A program made the translations under genes and the position numbers. A stretch of 64,000 bases of DNA from the NCBI GenBank assembly GCA_947168855.1, contig CAMVNO010000005.1, positions 88,439-152,438 on the forward strand, written 5' to 3'. Of the stretch, positions 40,629-49,704 are shown piece after piece. A model generated the notes under the pieces. That model saw only the letters and a program-made list of their open reading frames with translations. It had not been told where the DNA came from and searched no databases. The stretch is from an uncultured Clostridia bacterium (GTDB lineage: Bacteria; Bacillota; Clostridia; Christensenellales; CAG-138). Numbering within the stretch: position 1 is the first letter of the stretch; each line of letters opens with the position of its first letter.

Positions 40629-41408
40629 ATGAAACGCATTTTACAAAACCGCTTGGCAAAATACTTACTTCTGACATTTGCAATCACCTGGAGTTTTTGG
40701 GTCGCGGACGCCGTTCTGGTAAAAGCAACCGCGCTGAAAGCCTCGGACATTGTTCCGATGATTCTGTTTACGCTCGGCGGTTTCGGACCGACCGTCGCCG
40801 CCTGTTTCTGTCTGCCCGGCGGATTCTCGTGGAAAAAGCTCGGCGCATTTCTGAAAGCGCATAAGAAAAAGCGGCTGTGGTTCTTGGGATTGTTTCCCGC
40901 GCTGGTGATTGTCTTTTTTGCGCTGAACGCAACCGGATTGATACCGACCCTGCCGCAATCCCCTGCTGCGATTCTCGTTACGGCGCTTATCACGTTTTTA
41001 ACCGCGGCAGTTCTGTACGGCGGAAACGAAGAATGGGGCTGGCGCGGCACCATGCACCCGATCCTTGCCGAAAGGCTTCCCGCCTGGATTGTTCCGGCGA
41101 TCGTCGGCGTCGTTTGGGTCTGCTGGCATATCCCGCTGTGGTTCATCGAAGGCGATTCCCATCAAAGCATGTCGTTCCTTTCCTTCGCAATCCTCGGAAT
41201 GGCGTTAAGCTACTGGCTTTCGGCGGTTTACGATATGACTGGTTCCGTGCTCTGCTGCATGGCGCTGCATGGATTGGTCAATACGCTGATGGGTCTGCTG
41301 ACGATTGAAAGCAATTCCGTTTTCTACTGGATCGGTCTTGCCGTTTTGACCGCCGCTGCCGTTTGCTTCAGCATTTACGCACACCGGAAAAGCGCAAAAT
41401 TGCAATAA
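40629..41408 (+). CDS. CPBP-family intramembrane glutamic endopeptidase (CAAX/Abi)
   Basis: GGNEEWGWRG (EExxxR) and HGLVNT motifs, polytopic. Confidence 0.85.
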   Translation: MKRILQNRLAKYLLLTFAITWSFWVADAVLVKATALKASDIVPMILFTLGGFGPTVAACFCLPGGFSWKKLGAFLKAHKKKRLWFLGLFPALVIVFFALNATGLIPTLPQSPAAILVTALITFLTAAVLYGGNEEWGWRGTMHPILAERLPAWIVPAIVGVVWVCWHIPLWFIEGDSHQSMSFLSFAILGMALSYWLSAVYDMTGSVLCCMALHGLVNTLMGLLTIESNSVFYWIGLAVLTAAAVCFSIYAHRKSAKLQ

Positions 41409-41419
41409 TTCTTCGCAAT

Positions 41420-41455
41420 AAAACAGGACGGTTTGCGCCGTCCTGTTTTGTTTTT
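41420..41455. terminator. Bidirectional intrinsic terminator
   Basis: AAAACAGGACGGtttgcgCCGTCCTGTTTTGTTTTT. Confidence 0.7.
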
Positions 41456-41459
41456 CATA

Positions 41460-43382
41460 TTAACTCAGTTCGGATGTGCCCGTGCAGAGCTCATAATACT
41501 TGCCGCGCTGAGCTAAAAGCGCGTTGTGGTCGCCGCGCTCGATGATCCTTCCGTGCTCGAGCACCATGATGCAGTCGGAATTTCGGACCGTGCTGAGCCG
41601 GTGCGCGATCACGAAGACCGTGCGTCCCTTCATCAGCGCGTCCATGCCCTTTTCAATGTGCTTCTCGGTGCGGGTGTCGATGGAGCTCGTCGCTTCGTCC
41701 AGGATCAGCACCGGCGGGTCGGAGACCGCGGCTCTTGCGATCGCGATGAGCTGCCGCTGTCCCTGCGATAGGTTCGCGCCGTCGGCGACGAGCTGCGTCT
41801 GATAACCCTCGGGCAGATGCGTGATGAAGAAGTCTGCGTTCGCGATCTTCGCTGCTTCGATGCACTCCTCGTCGGTTGCGTCCAGTCTGCCGTAGCGGAT
41901 GTTTTCCATGACCGTGCCGGAGAAGAGATGCGTGTCCTGCAGCACCATGCCGAGCGAGCTTCGGAGCGCGTTCTTTTTGATCTCGCGGACCGGGATGCCG
42001 TCATAGGTGATCGTGCCGTCCGCGATGTCGTAGAAGCGGTTGATGAGGTTTGTGATCGTCGTCTTGCCCGCGCCTGTGGAGCCGACAAACGCGATCTTCT
42101 GCCCCGGATGCGCGTACAGCGTGACGTCGGTCAGGACCTGCTTTTTGCCGTCATAGGAGAAGTCGACGTCGGCGAACTTGACCTCGCCGCGCAGCGGGAT
42201 CAGCTCGTTATCACGCTTCCAGGCCCAGTGCCCGGTGCGGCGGTCGGTCTCTTTGAGCGTTCCGTCCTTCTCCTCGACGCGGACCAGCGTGACCGTGCCC
42301 TCGTCGACCTCGGCGGGCATGTCGATGAGCGCAAAGATGCGCTCCGCGCCCGCAAGCGCAAGGAGGATCGAGTTGAACTGCTGCGAGATCTGAGAAATGC
42401 GGTTACTGACCTGCCGCACAAACTGCAGCGACGCGATCAGCGCGCTGCCCTCCACCAGGAACGCCTGATGCGAGGCGAACCAGGTGTTTTCGAGCAGGAA
42501 CTCCTCCCCCGGCACCGGCGCCGCCAGCAGCACGCCGACGGTGCAAGTGATGGCATAGAAGATGTGGGAGATGTTGTTCATCAGCGGACCGACGATGCTT
42601 GCGTAGGTGTTCGCGTCGGTCGCGACCTTGCAGAGCTCGTCGTTGTGGACCTTGAAGCCCGCCTTCGCCTTATCCTCGTGGGTAAAGACCTTGACGACTT
42701 TCTGGCCTTCTATCATCTCCTCGATGTAGCCGTTGACAGCCGCCAGCTCGTACTGCTGTTTTTTGAAGTTCTTCCGGCTCTTTTTGGTGACGCCGCGCAT
42801 CACATAAAATACGGTTACGCCCATGCAGATCATGATGAACACGACCGGGATGGACAGCGACGCCATCAGCCCGAATACGAAGACCAGCGAGGAGATCGAA
42901 ATCAGCATCTGCGTGATCGAATGATGCAGCAGCTCGTTGACCGCCTCGGTATCGTTGGTGTAATAGCTCATCAGCTCGCCGTGCGTGCGTCCGTCGAAGA
43001 ACGAGATCGGGAGCGACTGCATCTTCTCGAACATCTCCTTGCGCAGCGCGCACATGACGCGCGCGGAACAGGAGAGCATCAGCCGGTTCAGCAGGAAGTT
43101 GGTGACGACGGCGATCGCGTACAGGATCGACATGCCGATGAGCAGCGCGGCGTACTTTGCCATATCCGCGCCGATCCCGGCTTCGAGCACCTTGACGAGC
43201 TGCTTTGTCATCAGCACCGCGTAGTTGGACGCGGCGGAGTACGCAAGGATCGAAATGATCGAAACGATCAGGATCCCGGTGCAGTTTTTGAAATAGCGGA
43301 ACAGGCGAAGGAGCGTTTTCAGCGGCTTTTCGGCGCGCTTTCCGCCCATCTTGCTGTTGAAGGAGCTTCCTCTCGGCGGCAT
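41460..43382 (-). CDS. ABC exporter, fused permease/ATPase (heterodimer subunit)
   Basis: Six-TM domain plus GSTGAGKTT, LSQGQRQLIAIARA, LILDEATSSID. Confidence 0.9.
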   Translation of the reverse strand: MPPRGSSFNSKMGGKRAEKPLKTLLRLFRYFKNCTGILIVSIISILAYSAASNYAVLMTKQLVKVLEAGIGADMAKYAALLIGMSILYAIAVVTNFLLNRLMLSCSARVMCALRKEMFEKMQSLPISFFDGRTHGELMSYYTNDTEAVNELLHHSITQMLISISSLVFVFGLMASLSIPVVFIMICMGVTVFYVMRGVTKKSRKNFKKQQYELAAVNGYIEEMIEGQKVVKVFTHEDKAKAGFKVHNDELCKVATDANTYASIVGPLMNNISHIFYAITCTVGVLLAAPVPGEEFLLENTWFASHQAFLVEGSALIASLQFVRQVSNRISQISQQFNSILLALAGAERIFALIDMPAEVDEGTVTLVRVEEKDGTLKETDRRTGHWAWKRDNELIPLRGEVKFADVDFSYDGKKQVLTDVTLYAHPGQKIAFVGSTGAGKTTITNLINRFYDIADGTITYDGIPVREIKKNALRSSLGMVLQDTHLFSGTVMENIRYGRLDATDEECIEAAKIANADFFITHLPEGYQTQLVADGANLSQGQRQLIAIARAAVSDPPVLILDEATSSIDTRTEKHIEKGMDALMKGRTVFVIAHRLSTVRNSDCIMVLEHGRIIERGDHNALLAQRGKYYELCTGTSELS

Positions 43383-45187
43383 TACGCGTTCGCCTCCTCT
43401 CTGACCTGCGATTCATAGACCTCGCGGTAGATCTCGCTGCGCACAAGCAGCTCGGCGTGTTTGCCGACGTCGGAGATCCTGCCGTGCTCCATGACGATGA
43501 TCTGATCCGCGTCCATCACGGACGTGATCCGCTGCGCGATGACGATCTTGGTCATGTCGGTGAGCTTTTTTAGACCGTCCCGGATCCTCGCCTCGGTCGC
43601 GGTGTCAACCGCGCTCGTCGAGTCGTCGAGGATCAGGATCTTCGGTTTTTTCAAAAGCGCGCGGGCGATGCACAGCCGCTGCTTCTGTCCGCCGGACACG
43701 TTGCAGCCGCCCTGCCCAAGGTCGGTGTCGTACCCGTCCGGGAACGCCGAAACGAAGCCGTCGGCGCACGCGATCCTACACGCCTCGCGGATCTCTTCGT
43801 CCGTGGCGTTCGGATCGCCCCAGCGCATGTTTTCCCGGATACTGCCCGAGAACAGCATGTTCTTCTGCAGCACCATCGAGACGCCGTCGCGGAGCGCCTT
43901 CAGGCTGTATTCGCGCACGTCGTGTCCCGACACGCGCACCGCGCCCGCAAGCACGTCATAAAGCCGCGGGATCATCTGCACGAGCGTCGATTTGCCCTCG
44001 CCCGTGCCGCCGATGACGCCGACCGTCTGCCCCGGCAGGATATGCAGGCTGATGTCCTTAAGATTCAGAACATCCGGATTGCCGGAGTACGAGAAATCGA
44101 CGTGATCGAACTCGATCTCGCCGGTCTCGACGACGAGATCGCTTTCGGGCGATTCGATGTCGATCTGCTCCTCAAAGACCTCGTTGATGCGGTCCAGAGA
44201 CGCGCGCATTCTCGAAAGCATGAGCGGGAACATCGAAACCATCTGCAGCGAAGCGATGACCTGCGTGGAGTAGCCGATCAGCGCGGTCAGCTCGCCGATG
44301 GGCAGATTCCCGTCCGGCGAAACGCTCATCCGCCCGCCGAACAGCCACAGCAGAATCGTCGCGCCCCACATCACGCCGAGCTGGATCGGACTCGCGAGGG
44401 AGAAGAGCTTCTGCGCGTAGATCTGCGTTTTCATCAGATCGTCGGCGCTCCTCTGGAACTTGCCGTTTTCATACGAGCCGCGCACGAACGACTTGACCAC
44501 GCGCATGCCGATCAGGTTCTCCTGCACAGCGCTGTTCATGGTGTCCATCTTTGTGAACATCATCTTGAACCGCTTGCGCCCGATGAACATAAAGAGCAGC
44601 ATCGGCGTCAGCACGAGCGGCAGCGCGATCACGAAGATGTACGACAGCTTCACATTGATGCGGAACGACATGACCGCCGCAAGCACCATCATGATCGGCG
44701 CGCGGAACATCATGCGAAGGAACATCTGGTACGTGTTCTGCAGGTTGTTGACGTCCGTCGTCGCGCGGATGACCAGCGACGAGGTCTGGAACCGGTCGGT
44801 GTTCCTGAACGAGAACTGCAGGATCTTGCCGAAGATCCGTTCGCGCAGGTTCTTCGCAAAGCCCATCGACGCCACTGCCGACGTGCGCGCGGCAAGCGCG
44901 CCGCACAGAAGCGACAGCAGCGACGCAAGCACCATCAGCCCGCCGACCCACAGCACGAACTGCAGATTGTTGCTGTACGGAAGATGCGAGATCACGCCCT
45001 GCAGCTGAAACTTGTCCACGCGGTACAGCCCGCCGTCGACGAGCGCCGCCATCAGAAGCGGGATCAGGATCTCGAGCGCGACCTCGAAGACGATCAGCAC
45101 CGGCGTCAGCACCGACGGCGTTACATAGCCCTTCACACACGGCTTGAGATGCTTGATTCCGGGTCCTTTTTTCTTTGTTTTTTCCAT
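43382..45187 (-). CDS. ABC exporter, fused permease/ATPase (heterodimer partner)
   Basis: GGTGEGKST, VSGGQKQRLCIARA, LILDDSTSAVD. Start moved to ATG 45187. 1-nt overlap (TAATG) with the downstream partner. Confidence 0.9.
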   Translation of the reverse strand: MEKTKKKGPGIKHLKPCVKGYVTPSVLTPVLIVFEVALEILIPLLMAALVDGGLYRVDKFQLQGVISHLPYSNNLQFVLWVGGLMVLASLLSLLCGALAARTSAVASMGFAKNLRERIFGKILQFSFRNTDRFQTSSLVIRATTDVNNLQNTYQMFLRMMFRAPIMMVLAAVMSFRINVKLSYIFVIALPLVLTPMLLFMFIGRKRFKMMFTKMDTMNSAVQENLIGMRVVKSFVRGSYENGKFQRSADDLMKTQIYAQKLFSLASPIQLGVMWGATILLWLFGGRMSVSPDGNLPIGELTALIGYSTQVIASLQMVSMFPLMLSRMRASLDRINEVFEEQIDIESPESDLVVETGEIEFDHVDFSYSGNPDVLNLKDISLHILPGQTVGVIGGTGEGKSTLVQMIPRLYDVLAGAVRVSGHDVREYSLKALRDGVSMVLQKNMLFSGSIRENMRWGDPNATDEEIREACRIACADGFVSAFPDGYDTDLGQGGCNVSGGQKQRLCIARALLKKPKILILDDSTSAVDTATEARIRDGLKKLTDMTKIVIAQRITSVMDADQIIVMEHGRISDVGKHAELLVRSEIYREVYESQVREEANA

Positions 45188-45289
45188 GGAAGACGATTCC
45201 ACCCCTATTGTTTCATTAAGATATTTATACCACAAAACGGCGGTTCCCGCAAGCGGTTCCCACCGGTTTTCGCCGCAGTTTCACAATCG

Positions 45290-45318
45290 TTGCGAAACGC
45301 GCCGCAGTCTGCTATACT
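45290..45318 (+). promoter_or_regulatory. Promoter TTGCGA-17 nt-TATACT placed 6 nt before the ATG (possible leaderless mRNA)
   Basis: -10 at 45313..45318, ATG at 45325. No SD in between. Confidence 0.4.
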
Positions 45319-45324
45319 GATGGC

Positions 45325-46152
45325 ATGGAAACAAGAGAAAACCGCATCGTCGCCGTCGACGTGGAAACCCCGAACGGCCGCGACGCCGCGATCTGTCAGA
45401 TCGGCATCGTCGTCGCGGAATACGGCGAGATCGTCAAAACCGAATCACACCTGATCGACCCCGAGGTCCCGTTTGACCCGGTCAACATCTCCATCCACGG
45501 CATCACGCCCGCGGACGTGCTGGGCGCGCCGAACTTTGCGCAGCTGTGGCCGCGGATCGCCGCGTACTTTGAAGACTCCGTCGTCGTTGCGCACAACGCC
45601 GCGTTCGACCTCGGCATGATCACGGCGACGCTCGAACGCTACGGCATTCCCGTGCCGGAGATCACCTACTGCTGCACCGTGCAGATGGCTAGAAGACGGT
45701 TTGCGCGCGAGGCCTACGGAAGCTACCGGCTCGATACGCTCTGCGCCGCGTTCGATATTCCCCTCACCGATCACCACGACGCGCTGTGCGACGCCATGGC
45801 ATGCTACCGGCTCTATCGCGAACTACTCTGCGATTTCGGTCCCGATCCGCGCGACATGCGCCCGTATCGAAAATGTGCAAAGCCCATGGAAAAGCCCGCC
45901 GGGCGGTTTTCGACCGAGTCGGAGATGGAGCGGGAGCTTCGGAAGCTCAGAGAGCTCCTCCTTGACGTGCATCCGGAGACCTTTCTGAACCCCGGCGATT
46001 CCATGGCGATCGCGCACTGGATGGACCGGCACGTCGAGCTCTCCTCCGAGCCGCCGTTCGACACGATCTTTCAATACCTCTACCGCATGATCTCGGATAA
46101 GCCGCTCTCCTGCGCCGAAGCGCAGGAGCTGTTCCGGCTGATCGGACAGTAA
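45325..46152 (+). CDS. DEDDh 3'-5' exonuclease (DnaQ/epsilon-like) with uncharacterised C-terminal domain
   Basis: VAVDVET (ExoI), AHNAAFDLG (ExoII), HHDALCDA (ExoIII). Confidence 0.8.
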   Translation: METRENRIVAVDVETPNGRDAAICQIGIVVAEYGEIVKTESHLIDPEVPFDPVNISIHGITPADVLGAPNFAQLWPRIAAYFEDSVVVAHNAAFDLGMITATLERYGIPVPEITYCCTVQMARRRFAREAYGSYRLDTLCAAFDIPLTDHHDALCDAMACYRLYRELLCDFGPDPRDMRPYRKCAKPMEKPAGRFSTESEMERELRKLRELLLDVHPETFLNPGDSMAIAHWMDRHVELSSEPPFDTIFQYLYRMISDKPLSCAEAQELFRLIGQ

Positions 46153-46244
46153 CGCGCCGCGTAGCGGCATATCGCGCCGTCAGGCATATCGCGCCCCGCA
46201 GGGGCATATTGCGTCCCGATAGGGACATATCGCGCCGTCAGGCA
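46153..46244. repeat. Tandem mini-hairpin array with constant word CATATCGCG
   Basis: CCGCgtaGCGG-CATATCGCG-CCgtcaGG-CATATCGCG-CCCCgcaGGGG-CATATTGCG-TCCCgataGGGA-CATATCGCG-CCgtcaGG-CAT. Confidence 0.85.
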
Positions 46245-46283
46245 TAAAAAGATCCTCCGCCGACGTGTGGAGGACCGTTTGTT

Positions 46284-46709
46284 TTATTCCCAGTTTCCCA
46301 TGATAAACGCGAGGACGTGGGTCTCGAAGGCGACGAAAAAGACGTCCTCGGTGAAATAATACGCGCCGATGTGCCCGTTGCAGCTACTGAGCCGGTCGAT
46401 CAGTGCTTGCTCGTCCTGTGCGCGGTAGACGGCGAGCGGTTCGCCGAGCTTATGCGTGATGCAGTCGATCACGTGTTTTGTGAGTCCGAACGAGGTGCTG
46501 CCGAGCCACTGCACGAGCGTCTGATAAAACGTCTCCTCGGCGGGGACCGGCGTGAACTGCTTAATATGATAATGCTTGCGGAACGCCTCCTCCCACCCGT
46601 CCTTCGTATAGGCGGAAACGCCGGCGTTTGAGTACCCGATCCACTCCGAAAGCGCGCTTGCAAGATCCAGGATGCCGTTCAGATAGGACGAAAGCCGTGT
46701 GTCTAACAT
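46284..46709 (-). CDS. Hypothetical cytoplasmic protein
   Basis: Start moved to ATG 46709 after GGGAGGTGG. No recognisable domain. Confidence 0.55.
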   Translation of the reverse strand: MLDTRLSSYLNGILDLASALSEWIGYSNAGVSAYTKDGWEEAFRKHYHIKQFTPVPAEETFYQTLVQWLGSTSFGLTKHVIDCITHKLGEPLAVYRAQDEQALIDRLSSCNGHIGAYYFTEDVFFVAFETHVLAFIMGNWE

Positions 46710-46822
46710 ATTTCCACCTCCCTGCCGTATCAGTATACCACAGATGCCGCAAAAATGCATTTGCAATTTGCATAAGAATTCGCTATAATATATGAGGAGT
46801 TATTTCGGAAGGAGGGAACGGC

Positions 46823-47116
46823 GTGGAACAGAAACAGCGCGGCGGGTTTTTCCTGTGCCTTCTGTGGCATGCGATCCTGTATTTTCTGTGGACGATCCCC
46901 GCTTGGATCTTTCTCGTACTGCACTTTACGATCGGACTGCCGATGACGTGGTTCTGGGTCGCGCTGGCGGCATGGGGCGCTGCGATCCTGCTCCGCACGC
47001 TTCTCGTGATCTTCGCGCGATACGGCAGCGCGCACCGCATTCCCGTTCCCGAAAACAAGAATCCGTACTCCGTCAAAGTGCGCGATCCGTACGCGGACGC
47101 GCGGAACAATCCATAG
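46823..47116 (+). CDS. Small integral membrane protein
   Basis: GTG start after GGAAGGAGGG. Three hydrophobic helices. Confidence 0.5.
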   Translation: MEQKQRGGFFLCLLWHAILYFLWTIPAWIFLVLHFTIGLPMTWFWVALAAWGAAILLRTLLVIFARYGSAHRIPVPENKNPYSVKVRDPYADARNNP

Positions 47117-47173
47117 GCGATCAAGGATTTGAACCTTTTTCGATAGCATCGACAAATTGAAAGGAGAAACACT

Positions 47174-48469
47174 ATGGGACTTATCAAAGCCGGTATCGGC
47201 GCATTGGGCGGCGTTCTTGCCGATCAGTGGAAAGAGTTTTTCTATTGTGAAGCGCTTCCGAAGGACGTACTGGTAACCAAGGGACAGAAGAGAGTGGGCA
47301 GCCGCTCCTCCAACACGAAGGGCAGCGACAATATCATTTCGAACGGGTCCGTTATCGCGGTCGCCGACGGTCAGTGCATGATCATCGTCGAGCAGGGCAA
47401 GGTCGTTGAGGTCTGCGCGGAGCCCGGCGAATTCGTCTATGATACCTCGACCGAGCCGAGCATCTTTGCGGGCAGCCTCGGTCAAAGTATTCTGCAGTCC
47501 TTCAAGACGCTCGGCCGCCGTTTCACGTTCGGCGGTGACACGGGCAAGGATCAGCGGGTGTATTATTTCAACACCAAGGAGATCATGGACAACAAGTTCG
47601 GCACGTCGAACCCGATCATGTTCCGCGTTGTCGATCACAACATCAACCTCGACATCGACGTGAGCCTGCGCTGCAACGGCGTCTACTCCTACAAGATGGT
47701 CGACCCGATCCTGTTCTACACGGAAGTCTGCGGCAACGTCTCCCAGGACTACCTGCGCAGCGAGATCGACGCGCAGCTGAAGACCGAGTTCGTCAATGCG
47801 CTGCAGCCCGCGATGGCGAAGATCTCCGAGCTGGAGGTCCGCCCGAATCAGGTTCCGGCGCACACCACCGAGCTGTGCGAGGCGATGAACGTTGAGCTAA
47901 GTAAGCTCTGGGGCGAGAAGAGAGGTCTTGAGGTCGTCTCCATCGCAATGAACCCGATCACGCTGACCGAAGAGGACGCGGAGATGATCAAGGCGGCGCA
48001 GCGCGCGGCGATCAACCGCGATCCGACGATGGCGGCGGCGACCATGACGCAGGCAAGCGCGGAAGCGATGAAGACCGCGGCCGGCAACGCAAACGGCGCA
48101 ATGACGGGCTTCATGGGCATGGGCATGGTCAACGGCGTCGGCGGCGCAATGGGCAGCAACACCGCGGCTCTGTTCCAGATGGGACAGCAGCAGAAGGAAG
48201 CGCAGGCACAGGCGGCGAACACCTGGACCTGCCCGACCTGCGGAAAACCCGCGACCGGCAATTTCTGCCCCGAGTGCGGCGCCAAGAAGCCCGCTCCCGC
48301 AGGCAGCTGGACCTGCGCGTGCGGCGCGGTGAACACCGGCAAGTTCTGCACGCAGTGCGGCACGAAGAAGCCCGAAGCGGCTGTTCGCCGCTGCCCGAAG
48401 TGCGGCTACACGCCCGCCGATCCGGCAATGAAGTTCTGCCCCGAATGCGGCACCCGCATTGACGGCTGA
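47174..48469 (+). CDS. SPFH/Band-7-like protein with C-terminal multi zinc-ribbon (COG4260 type, YdjI-like)
   Basis: MGLIKAGIGALGGVLADQWKEFFYCE N-terminus. C-terminus has four CxxC...CxxC ribbons (WTCPTCGK..FCPECG, WTCACG..FCTQCG, RCPKCG..FCPECG). Confidence 0.85.
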   Translation: MGLIKAGIGALGGVLADQWKEFFYCEALPKDVLVTKGQKRVGSRSSNTKGSDNIISNGSVIAVADGQCMIIVEQGKVVEVCAEPGEFVYDTSTEPSIFAGSLGQSILQSFKTLGRRFTFGGDTGKDQRVYYFNTKEIMDNKFGTSNPIMFRVVDHNINLDIDVSLRCNGVYSYKMVDPILFYTEVCGNVSQDYLRSEIDAQLKTEFVNALQPAMAKISELEVRPNQVPAHTTELCEAMNVELSKLWGEKRGLEVVSIAMNPITLTEEDAEMIKAAQRAAINRDPTMAAATMTQASAEAMKTAAGNANGAMTGFMGMGMVNGVGGAMGSNTAALFQMGQQQKEAQAQAANTWTCPTCGKPATGNFCPECGAKKPAPAGSWTCACGAVNTGKFCTQCGTKKPEAAVRRCPKCGYTPADPAMKFCPECGTRIDG

Positions 48470-48591
48470 GGAATTCCGAACACACAATCCCGACGCGGAG
48501 GGTGCGGAACAGCTCCGCACCCTCTGTTTGTCAACGCGGTATTGAAAACCCGGCCGGATGAACGCGTTCACCGGACCGAAAGGAGTATGAA

Positions 48592-49704
48592 ATGCCACAG
48601 CAATTATTGGAATACAGATGCCCTGCCTGCGGCGCGTCCCTGCAGTTTGACAGCGGATCGCAGCAGGTTGTCTGCCCGTACTGTGACTCGTCGTTTTCCC
48701 CGCAGGATCTGATCGATTACGACAGCTTCCTCAAAGAGGACGCCAAAAACGAGACGAGCGATCCGTGGTCGAAGGACGCGGAGCGCTGGGAAAAGGACGA
48801 GGCGACCGGCCTCAACGTGTACACCTGCGCCGCCTGCGGCGGCGAAGTGCTCGGCGACGATACGCTGGCGAGCGCGCGCTGCCCGTTCTGCGACAACACC
48901 GTCATCATGAAGCGGCAGTTCACCGGCGAATGGAAGCCGGACCTTGTGCTGCCGTTCAAGATGGACAAAAAAGCCGCGCAGGACGCGTTCCGCAAGCATC
49001 TGCACGGCAAAAAGCTTCTGCCGAACGCGTTCCGCTCGGAATCCTGCATTCAGGAAATCAAGGGGATCTACGTGCCGTTCTGGCTGTTCTCGTCGGAGGT
49101 CTCCACGAGCATGCGCTTCAAAGGTACGACCTCGCGTTCATGGACGGACGGAAGATACGACTACGTCGAAACCTCGAGCTACGCGCTGCTGCGCGCGGCG
49201 ACCGCGCAGTTCAACCGCATTCCGGTCGACGGATCGGAAAAGATGGACGACGCGCTGATGGATTCTCTGGAACCGTTCGATTTTTCCGAAGCGGTTGATT
49301 TCCAGACCGCGTACCTTTCGGGCTATTTCTCCGATCGCTACGACGTCGATTCGGACATCAGCGTCGCCCGCGCAAAGACGCGGTTCAACAAAACCATGGA
49401 GGGTCGGCTCGCTGCAACGACCGGCGGATTCAGCTCGGTCGCGGCGGAGAGCACAACGGTTTCGGAGCGCAACAACAAGCGCGAATACGCGCTGCTTCCG
49501 GTGTGGCTGCTGCACGTCAAATGGAAGGATCAGCTCTATACCTTTGCCATGAACGGACAGACCGGAAAGCTTGTCGGCAACCTGCCGCTCGATAAGGGAC
49601 GGCTTTGGAAATTCAGTCTGCTGTACGGCGGGATCTTTGCCGGGATCCTCGGCGGACTCGTCCTTCTCGGACATTTTCTCGGATGCGGAGGCGGATGCTT
49701 ATGA
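48592..49704 (+). CDS. TFIIB-type double zinc-ribbon protein with C-terminal TM helix (YdjG-like)
   Basis: YRCPACGASLQF...VCPYCDS and YTCAACGGEV...RCPFCDN. C-terminal FSLLYGGIFAGILGGLVLLGHFLG. Confidence 0.75.
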   Translation: MPQQLLEYRCPACGASLQFDSGSQQVVCPYCDSSFSPQDLIDYDSFLKEDAKNETSDPWSKDAERWEKDEATGLNVYTCAACGGEVLGDDTLASARCPFCDNTVIMKRQFTGEWKPDLVLPFKMDKKAAQDAFRKHLHGKKLLPNAFRSESCIQEIKGIYVPFWLFSSEVSTSMRFKGTTSRSWTDGRYDYVETSSYALLRAATAQFNRIPVDGSEKMDDALMDSLEPFDFSEAVDFQTAYLSGYFSDRYDVDSDISVARAKTRFNKTMEGRLAATTGGFSSVAAESTTVSERNNKREYALLPVWLLHVKWKDQLYTFAMNGQTGKLVGNLPLDKGRLWKFSLLYGGIFAGILGGLVLLGHFLGCGGGCL

